From an uncultured Gemmatimonadales bacterium (GTDB lineage: Bacteria > Gemmatimonadota > Gemmatimonadetes > Gemmatimonadales > GWC2-71-9): DNA of 64,000 bases. Position numbers and translations under genes: made by a program. Location: the NCBI GenBank assembly GCA_963793205.1, contig CAWBZM010000001.1:2354-66353 (forward strand), read 5' to 3'. The notes below the pieces were generated by a model, which saw only the letters and a program-made list of their open reading frames with translations, did no database searches and was not told the origin of the DNA. This document shows, in pieces, positions 48,183 to 58,702 of this stretch; within the stretch, counting starts at the first letter, position 1, and every line of letters begins with the position of its first letter.

Positions 48183-49516
48183 TGTACCTGCCGGATCGCC
48201 GCTGGTACCTCGGCGCCGCGCTCCTGGCACTGGTGGCGCCCTTCGCGCTGGTGTGGCCGGGGGTCGCCGCGGTCCTGATTGTGCTCGATCTGCTCTGGAT
48301 CGGGGCGGCGGTGGTGGACGGGTGGCGGATCGACGGCACTCGCGGGGGTGAGGCGCCGTCCACCCTGGTGGGGGTGGAACGCGAGCCGCCGGCCGCGTTC
48401 TCCGTGGGCCGGCCGCTGCCCATTGTCTATCGCTGGACCAACCCCACCGGGCGGCCACTGGAGCTTGAGGTGCGGGAGCAGTTCCCCGTGACGCTGACGG
48501 AGCCTCCGGGCGCCCGGCGGCTGGTCCTCCCGGCGACCGGCACGCTGGTGGAGCGGGTGCTGGTGCAGCCCGCCGCCCGTGGCAAGGCCTCCGCCGGGCG
48601 GCTGTCGCTTCGGGCGCGGGCACCGTGGGGGCTGGTATGGCACCAGTTCCGGCTGGATCGGCCGTGGCAGGCGACCGTGTACCCGAACCTGGTGGGTGCC
48701 TCGCTCCGGTCGCTGCCCACCCAGACGCAGCGCCGGCGGGAGGCGGGTTTCCGCAGCGTTCGCACGCTCGGGGAAGGGCGGATGTTCGAGAGCCTGCGGG
48801 AATGGGTACCGGGGGAGGACACCCGGCTGATCGACTGGAAGGCCACCGGGCGCCGCGGCAAGGTGATGGCACGGCAGTACGAGGATGAGCGACGGCAGCA
48901 GGTGCTGATCGTGATCGATGCGGGGCGGATGCTGACGCCCGAGATCGACGGCCGGGCGCGGCTGGAGTCGGTGATCGAAGCCGCGCTGCACCTGGCCCAC
49001 AGCGCGATCGATCACGATGATAACGTCGGGTTGATGGTCTTCGCTGACACCATCCAGCACTATCTCGCCCCGGCGCGTGGCCGCCGGGCGCTGCGTGCAG
49101 TGGTGGACGCGCTCGCCTCGGTGGAGGGGCGGCTGGTGGAGCCGGACTATCCCGCAGCGTTCGCCCAGCTGGCGATGCGCAACCGGAAGCGGGCGCTCAC
49201 CGTGTTCTTCACCGATGTGGTCGATCGCACGGCCAGCGAAGCGCTGGTGGGTCAGCTCGGGACGCTGCGGCCTCGGCATCTGCCGCTGGCGGTCACGCTG
49301 CGGGATCCTGCCCTTGAGCGGCTGGCGGTCACCCGGCCCGCGACCACCGGCGCCGCTTTCGAACGGGCGGCGGCGGAGGAGCTGCTGCAGTCCCGCGAAG
49401 AGGCGCTGGGGGAGATGCGACGGCGGGGGGTCCTGGTGCTGGATGTATCGCCCGCCGGCGCGAGTGCGGCGGTGGTGGACCAGTACAACCGACTGAAACG
49501 ACGCGGCGCCCTGTAA
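48182..49516 (+). CDS. DUF58 / vWA-like protein
   Basis: N-terminal TMs, FESLREWVPGED.R.IDWKAT.R, DAGRM MIDAS-like motif, FTD. Confidence 0.9.
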   Translation: MYLPDRRWYLGAALLALVAPFALVWPGVAAVLIVLDLLWIGAAVVDGWRIDGTRGGEAPSTLVGVEREPPAAFSVGRPLPIVYRWTNPTGRPLELEVREQFPVTLTEPPGARRLVLPATGTLVERVLVQPAARGKASAGRLSLRARAPWGLVWHQFRLDRPWQATVYPNLVGASLRSLPTQTQRRREAGFRSVRTLGEGRMFESLREWVPGEDTRLIDWKATGRRGKVMARQYEDERRQQVLIVIDAGRMLTPEIDGRARLESVIEAALHLAHSAIDHDDNVGLMVFADTIQHYLAPARGRRALRAVVDALASVEGRLVEPDYPAAFAQLAMRNRKRALTVFFTDVVDRTASEALVGQLGTLRPRHLPLAVTLRDPALERLAVTRPATTGAAFERAAAEELLQSREEALGEMRRRGVLVLDVSPAGASAAVVDQYNRLKRRGAL

Positions 49517-49534
49517 CACGAGCCTGCGGGCAGG

Positions 49535-51445
49535 TCAGGCGGCGCTGCGCTCGACGCGATCGAGCCAGTCGCGATCCCGGTCGATAAAGAGCCGGAACCA
49601 CAGCTCCACGCTCATGGCGGTCCACAGCCCGGCGCTGCCATGCCAGCCGCTCTGGAGCTCGACCGGATCGAAGATGCCCCGGTCTACCGCCCGGCGGCTC
49701 TGCGTCAACTCCTTCACCATCGGTGCCAGCGGGCCGGCGAACCATTGCTGGAGCGGCACACCGAACGCCCCCTTGTCCCGCCGGGCCGTGATGGCCGGCG
49801 GCAGCTTCTCGCGCACCGCCTGACGGAGGAGCGCTTTCGGGATCAGCCCATTGACCTTCTGGTCCGGCGGCACAGTCGCGAGGAACTCCACGAGTCGATA
49901 GTCCAGCAGGGGGACGCGCGATTCGATGGACAGCGCCATGCTGGCGCGATCCTCCTGATGGAGCAGGCTGGGGAGGTAGCTGCGCAGGTCGTGGTACAGG
50001 CACCGATCGAGGGTCTGGTCGGTGCGGGCGCGGAAGAGGGGCGCGAGATACTCTGGCCGGGGATCGTATCCCTGCAGCGCCGCACGGAACGCCGGCAGCA
50101 GCAACGGGCTTTCCACGGGTGGGGCACCGCAGTGGAGGTGCAACCAGCGCTGGTCGAGGTCGTCTGCCGCCGGGGCATGATTGCGCGCCAGGACCCGCCG
50201 GGCCAGACCGGCCAACCCGTGACGGCGGAGCGCCATCCGGGTGCGGGTCAGCAGGGGGACGTGGGCCACCGGCCGCTGGGAGAGATCGAACATCCGGGTG
50301 TGGCCATAGGTCGCTTCAAACTGCGCCGGGTACCCCGCGAAGATCTCGTCACCGCCATGTCCGGTCATCGCCACTTTCACGTGCGAGGCGGCGAGTTGCG
50401 CGGCGGTAAAGTACGAGTAGCTGGAGTGATCCGGCATGGGGATGTCGGCGTGCCACGCCAGGCGGCTCAAGCGGTTGGCGAGTCCATCAGCGGATGGGAC
50501 GGCCTCGAAATGCTCGGTCCCGAGATGCGCCGCGACCTGCCGGGCATAGCTTGACTCATCGAAATAGGCACCGCCATCAAACCGGATGGAGAAGGTGCGC
50601 AACGGGTCCCGATGCGGCGCGGAGAACGCGGCAATGGCACTCGAATCGAGCCCGCCGCTCAGGTGACTGCCCAGGGGCGCATCACTCCGGCAGTGGATCC
50701 GGATGGCATCTTCCAGCAGGTCGGTTACCTCCCCGACGGTATTCTCCAGCGATCGTGACTGGTTGTAGTTGAATTCGAGATCCCAATATTGCCAGGTGCG
50801 AAGCTCGCCAGCACGGACTGTCAGGGCGCACCCCGGCGGGAGCTGACGGATGCCGGCGAAGCAGGATTTCTCGCCGAGTGGGAATCCGGTCATCAGGCAG
50901 TCGGAGAGGCCCTCATAGTCCGGCTGGGCGGAGACGGCAGGGTCGGCCAGGATCGCCTTGATTTCCGAGGCGGCACTGAAGCGCTGACCGTCCTTGTAGT
51001 AGTGGAACGGTTTGATGCCGCCCCGGTCCCGGGCCCCGAACAGCAGCTGCTGGCGGCTGTCCCAGAGGGCAAAGGCAAACATGCCGTTGAGTCGCTCGAC
51101 ACAGCGTTCGCCCATCTCCTCCCAGAGATGCACAATGACTTCGGTGTCGGTGTGGGACTTGAACTGGTGGCCCCGGGCCTCGAGTTCCCGGGTCAGCTCC
51201 ACGTAGTTGTAGATCTCGCCGTTAAAGGTCAGCCAGATGGTCTGATCTTCGTTGCTCATCGGCTGGTGCCCCGCCGAGGACTGATCGATGATGGACAGCC
51301 GCCGGTGCCCGAGCGCGATCGGACCCTCGATGTGCAGGCCGGCACCATCGGGGCCACGGTGCACCATCTGGTCGCGCATCTCCTCGACCAGCGCGCGTGA
51401 CGGCGAACGGCCGTGCAGCATCAGCAGGGCGACAAAACCACACAT
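49535..51445 (-). CDS. asnB: Asparagine synthase (glutamine-hydrolysing)-like amidotransferase
   Basis: MCG N-terminus, HRGPD, HRRLSIID, FNGEIYN, LSGGLDSS, GHGGDEIFAGY, ESRVPLLD. Confidence 0.93.
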   Translation of the reverse strand: MCGFVALLMLHGRSPSRALVEEMRDQMVHRGPDGAGLHIEGPIALGHRRLSIIDQSSAGHQPMSNEDQTIWLTFNGEIYNYVELTRELEARGHQFKSHTDTEVIVHLWEEMGERCVERLNGMFAFALWDSRQQLLFGARDRGGIKPFHYYKDGQRFSAASEIKAILADPAVSAQPDYEGLSDCLMTGFPLGEKSCFAGIRQLPPGCALTVRAGELRTWQYWDLEFNYNQSRSLENTVGEVTDLLEDAIRIHCRSDAPLGSHLSGGLDSSAIAAFSAPHRDPLRTFSIRFDGGAYFDESSYARQVAAHLGTEHFEAVPSADGLANRLSRLAWHADIPMPDHSSYSYFTAAQLAASHVKVAMTGHGGDEIFAGYPAQFEATYGHTRMFDLSQRPVAHVPLLTRTRMALRRHGLAGLARRVLARNHAPAADDLDQRWLHLHCGAPPVESPLLLPAFRAALQGYDPRPEYLAPLFRARTDQTLDRCLYHDLRSYLPSLLHQEDRASMALSIESRVPLLDYRLVEFLATVPPDQKVNGLIPKALLRQAVREKLPPAITARRDKGAFGVPLQQWFAGPLAPMVKELTQSRRAVDRGIFDPVELQSGWHGSAGLWTAMSVELWFRLFIDRDRDWLDRVERSAA

Positions 51446-51749
51446 GGTGCCTGGTCCGCCTTTCGATCGGGAATCGGGCGTGTCCTGCGATGCTTCCGAA
51501 AATCGGTCACACCGTCGGCGGGCGCGCCGGCGGATAGCGAGAGGGTGGTGATCGAGGTAACGTGGGCGGCCCGCCCACAGGGCTGCGCGATCGCGCAAAA
51601 TCAGCAGCCGCAGGGTCCGAGCGCAAGGTGCGGCGATGCCGCACTTTCGTCTGTGTGGTGCGACACTCCGGTCGCCCGTCCTGTAGCCGAGGCCAGATGC
51701 GGTGGAATCACCTGTCCATGCGCGGAGATACAGGCCTCTGACCCCACGC

Positions 51750-51765
51750 TGGCCTCATTCTTGCT
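51750..51765 (+). promoter_or_regulatory. Putative sigma54 promoter of the flippase gene
   Basis: TGGCCTCATTCTTGCT = TGGC-N7-TTGCT, about 45 bp before ATG 51811. Confidence 0.65.
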
Positions 51766-51810
51766 TTCGTGCCATGCGTTCCCCAGCGCGAAACAGATCT
51801 CCGGACTTGA

Positions 51811-53336
51811 ATGGCCCACACTGATCACACGCGAGCGACGATCACTCGATCGGGCGCTGATGAAGGGCCTCACCTGGACCAGCCTTGGCAGCTGGACGGC
51901 CCAGCTAGTGACCTGGGGCTCCACCCTGGTGGTGGTGCACCTGCTGTCCCCCGACGATTACGGGCTGGTGGCGCTCGCCACGGTGTACCTCGGCCTGGTG
52001 ACGATGCTCAGCGAGTTCGGCATTGGCACCACGGTGGTGACCCTGCGGGAGCTCAGTCCCCGCCATGTCGCCGAGCTGAATACCGTGGCCATGCTGTTTG
52101 CGCTCAGCGCGGTGGCGGCCTCTTTGCTGTTGGCGCATCCGATCAGCGTGTTCTTCGTCTCCCCGCGCCTCACACAAGTCATCTGGATCATGAGCAGCGC
52201 GCTGATCCTCGGCGCGCTCCACACAGTGCCGACGGCCCTGCTCCAGCAGGGCCTGGAGTTCAGGTACCTGGCCACCGTCCAGATGATCCAATCCATCTGC
52301 GCCGGGGTCGTCACCCTCGCCATCGCGTTGTTGGGGGGAGGCTACTGGGCCCTGGCCTTCGGGCCACTCGCCGGCCAGGCCGTGACCACGGTGCTGGTGC
52401 TGCTGCGTCGGCGTCCCGGATACGCCTGGCCGGAATGGGTGGTCCTCGCCCCGGTGCTGCGATTCAGCCGCCACGTGATCACGGAACGGGCATCATGGTA
52501 CGGCTATACCTCCGCCGACAAGCTGGTGATCGGCCGCTGGCTGAGTGAATCGGCCGTGGGCCTCTACTCGATCGCCTCGACGTTCGGGCTGGTGGCGGTG
52601 GAAAAGGTGACCGTGCTGATGCTCCGGGTCGCGCCGGCAGTGTTCTCGATGGTGCAGCACGATGCCGCCGCCCTGCGCCGCTACCTCCTCTCGATGACCG
52701 AGGGGCTGTCGATTATCACCTTTCCAATCTGTATCGGGATGGCGCTGACGGCGGGTGACTTCGTGGCGCTGGTGCTTGGCGACCAGTGGATGGGGGCGGT
52801 CGCCGCGCTGCAGGTGCTCAGTGTGTATGGGGCCTTCCAGTCGGTCTCACCCCTGCCGCATCGGGTCCTGGTCGCGATCGGGGAAACCCGGTTCAACATG
52901 CGGCTGTCGATCGCCACGCTCGTGGTCCTTCCGCTGGTCTTTATTGCCGGCAGCCGCTGGGGGCTGGTCGGAGTGGCAGCGGGCTGGATGGTGGTACCGC
53001 TCGTTCACTCGCCGATGTATTTCCGCCTGCACCGTCGTATCGGGCTGACGGCGTCGGGGTACCTCGGGGTCGCTCTGGCCTGCCGCCAGCTCCGTCCTTG
53101 TCATGACCGTGGGTCTCCTCCTCCTGGCGGCCGTGCCCGGGCTGAGCGCGCTGCCTCACGCGGCGGTCTACCTGCTCAAGGTCCTGGTCGGTGCCTGCCT
53201 CTATTCCGGTGCTCTCCTGGGGCTGCATGGCCAGCGGGTGCGGCTGTTCCGTCAGCTCCTCAGCGAGCTGCGGCATCGCCCGGATGATACGGCCCCGATG
53301 CTCCCTGACGGTTCCGTCGTCACAGCGGGTGCCTAG
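51811..53336 (+). CDS. wzx: Wzx/PST-family polysaccharide flippase, frameshifted
   Basis: LLSPDDYGLVA, DKLVIGRWL...VGLYS, many TM helices; C-terminus continues in ORF 53103-53336; start 51811 (with a frameshift) or 51860. Confidence 0.88.
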
Positions 53337-53337
53337 C

Positions 53338-53376
53338 GACAGGGCCGGCGACTCCCGAGGAGTCGCCGGCCCTGTC
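53338..53376. terminator. Perfect 18-bp hairpin between convergent genes
   Basis: GACAGGGCCGGCGACTCC-CGA-GGAGTCGCCGGCCCTGTC. Confidence 0.75.
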
Positions 53377-53391
53377 TGCAGGTGCCGCGGC

Positions 53392-54543
53392 CTACCGCTT
53401 TGGAAAGATCGTCTCCACCGCGTGCCCCATGGAGCGGATGTAGTCTCGGTCGAACGCCGCGGACACCGTCTCCCGCCGCGAATACGGTCCGGAGGTGTAC
53501 GCCCGCGAGGCGATGCCCTGCTGGCTCAGCTCGCACACGTGCCAGTCCTCCCGGTTGGTCATGTCCCAGAAGGCCACCCCGTCCTCGATGTTGAAGCTGG
53601 GATCCGTGAGTGTGTGCGGATTGAACAGCCAGTGGCAGAAGATCCGCGTGCGCCCGACCGCCTCCGGCCAGAGGACGTGGAACATCACGTAATCCGGGTG
53701 CAGGCTGAGCAGCATGTTGGGCATGATCGAGTAGTAGTACACCCGGGTGTGGTCTTCCGGGGGTAGCGCGTCGCTGACCGGCAGCCCGCAAACCCGCCCC
53801 GTCATGGTCATGCTGTCGGCGTCGTCGCTCAGGATCATGTACCCGCCGAGGTAGGGTCCGTCGGTCAGGTCGTTCTCGCCCTTGGTGGGCGGGGTCCGTT
53901 TGGTCAGCGTCGGATGGACCAGCGGGCAGTGGTAGCACTCCGAGTAGTTCTGCACCACCAGTTTCCAGTTCGCCTGGACCTCGTACTCGACCGTCTTGCC
54001 CGTGACCAGATTGGGCAGATTGAAGCGACGAAAGCGATCGATCAACTCCGCATGGGTTTCCTCGAACGATGCCGCAGCCGGGTCGAGGTTCACGAAGAGA
54101 AACCCTTCCCACACCGCGACGTGGGCCCGGTGCAGCGGATAGTCGGATTTCTGGAAGCCCTCGAGATCCTGGGTGGCCGGGGCCCCGATCAACCGGCCAT
54201 CCAGTCCATAGGTCCAGGCATGGTACGGGCACTGAATGGTCTCGGAGAGCTGACCCTGATGCGCTTCGCACAGCTTGCTGCCGCGATGGCGGCAGACGTT
54301 ATAAAAAGCGCGCACCACCCCCTGCTGGTCCCGCAGAAAGATGATGCTCTCCCCGCCAATGTCCTGGACGAAGAAATCGCCGGGCCGGGCAATGCGTTCT
54401 TCCCGCGCGACACAGAGCCACTGCCGGCCGAACAGCTTCTCCTGCTCCTCCGCCAGCAACGCTGGATCGGTGAAGTAGCGCTGCGGCAGGGTCATTTGCC
54501 CATGGGTTGGAAGTTCGCGCGGCTTCCAGGCAATGGCAGTCAT
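53392..54543 (-). CDS. Rieske non-heme iron oxygenase alpha subunit (glycine-betaine/choline-oxidising-like group)
   Basis: CRHRG...CPYHAW Rieske motif; ANWKL..NYSECYHC.LVH and NRED mononuclear Fe ligands. Confidence 0.88.
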   Translation of the reverse strand: MTAIAWKPRELPTHGQMTLPQRYFTDPALLAEEQEKLFGRQWLCVAREERIARPGDFFVQDIGGESIIFLRDQQGVVRAFYNVCRHRGSKLCEAHQGQLSETIQCPYHAWTYGLDGRLIGAPATQDLEGFQKSDYPLHRAHVAVWEGFLFVNLDPAAASFEETHAELIDRFRRFNLPNLVTGKTVEYEVQANWKLVVQNYSECYHCPLVHPTLTKRTPPTKGENDLTDGPYLGGYMILSDDADSMTMTGRVCGLPVSDALPPEDHTRVYYYSIMPNMLLSLHPDYVMFHVLWPEAVGRTRIFCHWLFNPHTLTDPSFNIEDGVAFWDMTNREDWHVCELSQQGIASRAYTSGPYSRRETVSAAFDRDYIRSMGHAVETIFPKR

Positions 54544-54640
54544 GGCGGGTCACCGGTAAGGGTCCAGATGCTGTACTCTCCGCGAAATGTGCCACCCTGC
54601 CGGATGGCGCGGAAGAGCCGGCTGATTACCCTTCGCCCCC

Positions 54641-57313
54641 ATGGCCTCCCCGATCATCCATCTGATCGCGCATACCCACTGGGATCGCGAGTGGTACCTC
54701 CCGCTCGGGGGGTTCCGCGGTCGGCTGATCCCCGTCGTCGACCAGTTGCTGGACGGCGCGCCGGTCGGCGGATCACTCCCTCCATTCTTTCTCGACGGCC
54801 AGACCGCGCTGCTCCGCGACTACCTCGCCCTGCGTCCCGAACGCCAGCCCGACCTCGTCGATGCGGTCACCCGTGGCCGTGTCCGTACCGGACCCTGGTC
54901 CATCCTGGCGGATGAACAGATCCCCGCCGGCGAGGCGCTGTTGCGGAACCTCCAGCTGGGGCATCAGGACCTGGACATGTGGCGTGGCTCCGCCGGTGTG
55001 CTCTACAGCCCCGATGCGTTTGGCCATCCCGCCGCGCTCCCCACGATTGGTGCGGAGTACGGGCTGGCGAATGCAGTCGTCTGGCGGGGGCTGGATGACC
55101 ACCGGACGGCGGGCAGGGACCTGGCCTGGTGGCGTGGGCCTGACGGGCAGCAGGTCCTGGTGTACCACCTTCCCCCCGAGGGATACGAGATTGGGTCCAA
55201 CCTCCTGGTGACGGAGGAGGAGCTTCCGGCGGCGTGGAAGCGGGTCGCCGCAGCGGTGCTTCCCCGCGCCGCCACGCCCCATGTCGCGGTCCTGGTCGGG
55301 GCCGATCATCACGCGCCCGATCCCAGGCTCGCCTCCCTCGCTGACCGGCTGACGGCCATCGACCCGGGCTGCACATTCCGCTGGTCCACCCTGGAGCAGT
55401 TCTTCGCGGAGGTGCGGCAGTCGTTACCCGACCTCGCCGTCATCGATGGCGAACTCCGCGGCAGCTACGGCTACACCTGGACGCTGCAGGGTGTGCATGG
55501 GACCCGGGCACCCCTGAAGCGGCGCTACAGCGCGCTCGAACTCACCCTGCTGCGCCGAGTGGAGCCGCTCCTGGCATTGGCCGAGGGCGCGGCGGCCGGC
55601 GCCCGCCGGGCGGTGCTGCAACAGGGATGGCGGGATCTGGTCGCCTGCCAATTCCACGACACGCTGGGCGGTTGTGCGGCGGACAGTGTGGCGCGCGCCA
55701 TGGCGGTGCGGCTGGACGATGTTGCTGTCGCGGCGGCAGACCTTGAGCGCGACGCGCTGCATCTGCTCGTGGGACATGATCCCGATGCGGCCAGGGCGGG
55801 TGTGCCGTCGTCCACCCGGTTACTGGTATGGAACGGCGCCGCGCGACCGCGCGGCGGCGTGCTGGTCGCGGAAGGCACGTTCTTCCAGCACGACATCCTC
55901 ATCGGACCTCCGGGCACTCGTCGACCCAGCACTGGACCCGGCTTTCAGCCATTCGTGCTGACGACGGCGGATCGACGGGGAGGTGTGGCGCCACAACTCC
56001 TCGCACTGGCGCCCGCCGAAGAGCGCCGGGACGCCCGCAGGCACTACCCCGATCAGGATGCGGTGGAGGCGGTCCGCTTCGCGATTCCCCTGCTGGATGC
56101 CGTCCCCGGACTGTCGCTGCAGGCGTTCGATGTCCAGACGGGAGCGGCCCCGGCACTGGAGCCGTTTGTCGCCGGCAACAGGCACTCCATCTGGAACGGA
56201 CGGATGACGGCGACGGTGGACGCCCGTGGCCGGCTGGAGCTGCAGGACCCCGCCAGCCGCGCGCCGTTCCCGGGGTTGCTGGCACTGGAAAGCGAACGGG
56301 ATACTGGCGACTGCTATACCTTCGCCCCGCTGCGCGGTGACCGACGGATCGAGGCGGTGCGGGCGACCAGGCCGCAGCTCTTCGCCGGTGGCCCGCTGGT
56401 CGCCAGCCTCGGGTGGGGCGTAAAGCTGACGGGTGGCCTGACTGCGGCGGGCCGCACGGGGCCCGTCCGCCTCACCACGGATATTGAGCTGGTGGGCGAT
56501 GCCCCCGTCCTGCGATGCCGCCTCCGGCTGGATAATGGCGCCGAGCACCATCGCCTACGCCTGCGCTTTCCGACCGGATTACGAAAAGTGCCCGCGCTGG
56601 CCGGCGCCCAGTTCGGCCAGGTCGCCAGGCTGCCCGTCGTCGCCTCGCGGGCGACCTCCATGGAGCGCCCGGTCGCCACGGCGCCGGCCCACCGGTGGGT
56701 GGCCGTCGCGAAAGGCGCTCGCGGACTGGCCATTTTCGCCCCCGGATTCTTTGAGTACGAATGGACCCGGAGCGGTGACCTGCTGGTGACCCTGCTCCGC
56801 AGCGTGGGTCAGCTCTCGCTGCCCGACCTGGCGACTCGACCCGGCCACGCCGGCTGGCCCACCGCCACGCCGGAGGCCCAATGCCTTGGCAACTGGGCCA
56901 TCGAACTCGGCCTGGCGCTCGTTGCGGAGGATGACCTGGCGGCGCCGGAGCGGCTGGACGCATGGTGGGAAGACACCTTCGTACCGCCGGTGACCCGGTG
57001 GGAACGGGATTGCACCGGTACGATCACGGCGACGCCGCGGATAGAGCTGTCGGGAGACGGGCTGGTCTTCTCCGCCTGTCTCCCCGCGGACGACGGCGAC
57101 GGGTTTGTACTGCGCTGTTACAACACGCGGGAGACACCGGTGGACGGTCTATGGAGCTTCGGTGTTCCCATCGCCGGGGCAGAGCGGATCCGGGCGGATG
57201 GCACGGTGGTGGGGCCGCTCCCGCTGTCGCCGGGGGGACTTGGCGTGGTCTTTCCGGTCGCCAGGCGGGGGATCACCTCGGTCCGGGTCCGGGGAATGGC
57301 AGCCGGGGGCTGA
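54641..57313 (+). CDS. GH38 alpha-mannosidase-like glycoside hydrolase
   Basis: HTHWDREWY, LDGQT, PDAFGH, FHDTLGGC, TLLRSVG. Confidence 0.9.
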   Translation: MASPIIHLIAHTHWDREWYLPLGGFRGRLIPVVDQLLDGAPVGGSLPPFFLDGQTALLRDYLALRPERQPDLVDAVTRGRVRTGPWSILADEQIPAGEALLRNLQLGHQDLDMWRGSAGVLYSPDAFGHPAALPTIGAEYGLANAVVWRGLDDHRTAGRDLAWWRGPDGQQVLVYHLPPEGYEIGSNLLVTEEELPAAWKRVAAAVLPRAATPHVAVLVGADHHAPDPRLASLADRLTAIDPGCTFRWSTLEQFFAEVRQSLPDLAVIDGELRGSYGYTWTLQGVHGTRAPLKRRYSALELTLLRRVEPLLALAEGAAAGARRAVLQQGWRDLVACQFHDTLGGCAADSVARAMAVRLDDVAVAAADLERDALHLLVGHDPDAARAGVPSSTRLLVWNGAARPRGGVLVAEGTFFQHDILIGPPGTRRPSTGPGFQPFVLTTADRRGGVAPQLLALAPAEERRDARRHYPDQDAVEAVRFAIPLLDAVPGLSLQAFDVQTGAAPALEPFVAGNRHSIWNGRMTATVDARGRLELQDPASRAPFPGLLALESERDTGDCYTFAPLRGDRRIEAVRATRPQLFAGGPLVASLGWGVKLTGGLTAAGRTGPVRLTTDIELVGDAPVLRCRLRLDNGAEHHRLRLRFPTGLRKVPALAGAQFGQVARLPVVASRATSMERPVATAPAHRWVAVAKGARGLAIFAPGFFEYEWTRSGDLLVTLLRSVGQLSLPDLATRPGHAGWPTATPEAQCLGNWAIELGLALVAEDDLAAPERLDAWWEDTFVPPVTRWERDCTGTITATPRIELSGDGLVFSACLPADDGDGFVLRCYNTRETPVDGLWSFGVPIAGAERIRADGTVVGPLPLSPGGLGVVFPVARRGITSVRVRGMAAGG

Positions 57314-57334
57314 GTCTGCGCCCAGCGCTGCAGC

Positions 57335-58702
57335 TTACTCGCCCAATCCCTTCACGATCTGGTCCCAGATGGTCGGGATCCACGACAGGTGCTCCGGCTT
57401 CATCAGCACACTGCGGAGGCAGGTGACGGTTGGCTGGTCGCGCGGCAAGATCCTGGTCGGGTCCACCAGGTCCGCTGGCAGCTCCGCCAGCGCCAGGTGG
57501 AGCCCGGCGTTCCCCGCAGCGGCAAAGAGCTGACGGGCCGCTGCCGAGGCTGCACTGGCCGAGGGTTGGCGTACCGCCCAGACCACGATGTCGAGTTCGG
57601 GGCGCAGGCCGGCGATAAACCGCGGGTCGGCCGCCAGCCGTCGGTGAAGTGCGAGCGCGGCGGCCCGCCCCGCGTCGAGGCCGGCGGCAAACTCACCTCC
57701 GCGCGCCAGCGGCAGCAGGCGCTGGGTGGCCCACAGTGCCACGGCGGCCGCCCCTGGCCGGGAGCATTCCAGGCTGATCTCGCCGAGATGGAGCTCGGTG
57801 GAACTGAAATAGGTGTACGGGGAGTCGTGGTGGTAGAAGCGCCCGACTGTGGGATCCCGGAACAGCACGCAGCCGCAGCCATACGGCTGCAGACCATGCT
57901 TGTGCGGATCGATGACCAGTGAGTCGACCTCGGTCAGTGCCTCGAATGCGGCCGCGGTCTCCCGGTCGAGGTTGCTGGCGAGCCGGAAGTAGCCACCGTA
58001 CGCTGTATCCGCATGCAAACGGAAACCGTGACGCTCGCGCAGCCGGAGCAGTGCGGGGAGCGGGTCCACCGATCCGATGGCGGTCGTGCCCAGCGTCGCG
58101 ACCACGGTTCCAACCTCCCCGGCATCCACCATCCGGGCCAGGTCGTCGAGGTCCATCCGGCCACGGGCGTCCACCCCCACCGATCGAAACGGAAGTCCCA
58201 ACACCCCGCTGATCCGGTTGTGGGTGTAGTGCGCCTGGGACGAAGCGACCACGGCGGCCCCAGGACGGACCTGTCCCGCCACCCAGAGCGCCTCGAGGTT
58301 GGCCATGGTGCCGCCACCGGTGAGGTGCCCCAGATGCGCAGTCCACCCCATCATGGCAGCGAGCGCCGCCACCGCTTCCTTCTCCAGCGCCGAGCTGGCT
58401 CGCCCGCCATCCAGCGCATGATTGTTGGGATTGATCCAGAGGGCGAGCGCGTACGCGAGACGAGCCACCGGATGGGGTGGCTTGATCATCTGACCGGCGT
58501 ACATCGGGTGGAAGTAGGGGTAGTTGTCCTGCATCCGGTCCGCCACCTCCGCGAGAACCTCGCGGAGGCGGGCGGTATCGGTGGCGGGTACGATTCCCGG
58601 CATCAGGGTATCGAAGCCACTCCCCAGCCGATCAAGTGCCTCCGCCAGCAGCGGAAGCGTCGCCGTATCGAGGGGAACAGTTGCCACCGGGTCGCGGGTC
58701 AC
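57335..58702 (-). CDS. Group II PLP-dependent decarboxylase
   Basis: GGTMANL, GTTAIGSVD, HADTAYGG, DPHK (PLP lysine), ECSR. Confidence 0.88.
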   Translation of the reverse strand: MTRDPVATVPLDTATLPLLAEALDRLGSGFDTLMPGIVPATDTARLREVLAEVADRMQDNYPYFHPMYAGQMIKPPHPVARLAYALALWINPNNHALDGGRASSALEKEAVAALAAMMGWTAHLGHLTGGGTMANLEALWVAGQVRPGAAVVASSQAHYTHNRISGVLGLPFRSVGVDARGRMDLDDLARMVDAGEVGTVVATLGTTAIGSVDPLPALLRLRERHGFRLHADTAYGGYFRLASNLDRETAAAFEALTEVDSLVIDPHKHGLQPYGCGCVLFRDPTVGRFYHHDSPYTYFSSTELHLGEISLECSRPGAAAVALWATQRLLPLARGGEFAAGLDAGRAAALALHRRLAADPRFIAGLRPELDIVVWAVRQPSASAASAAARQLFAAAGNAGLHLALAELPADLVDPTRILPRDQPTVTCLRSVLMKPEHLSWIPTIWDQIVKGLGE

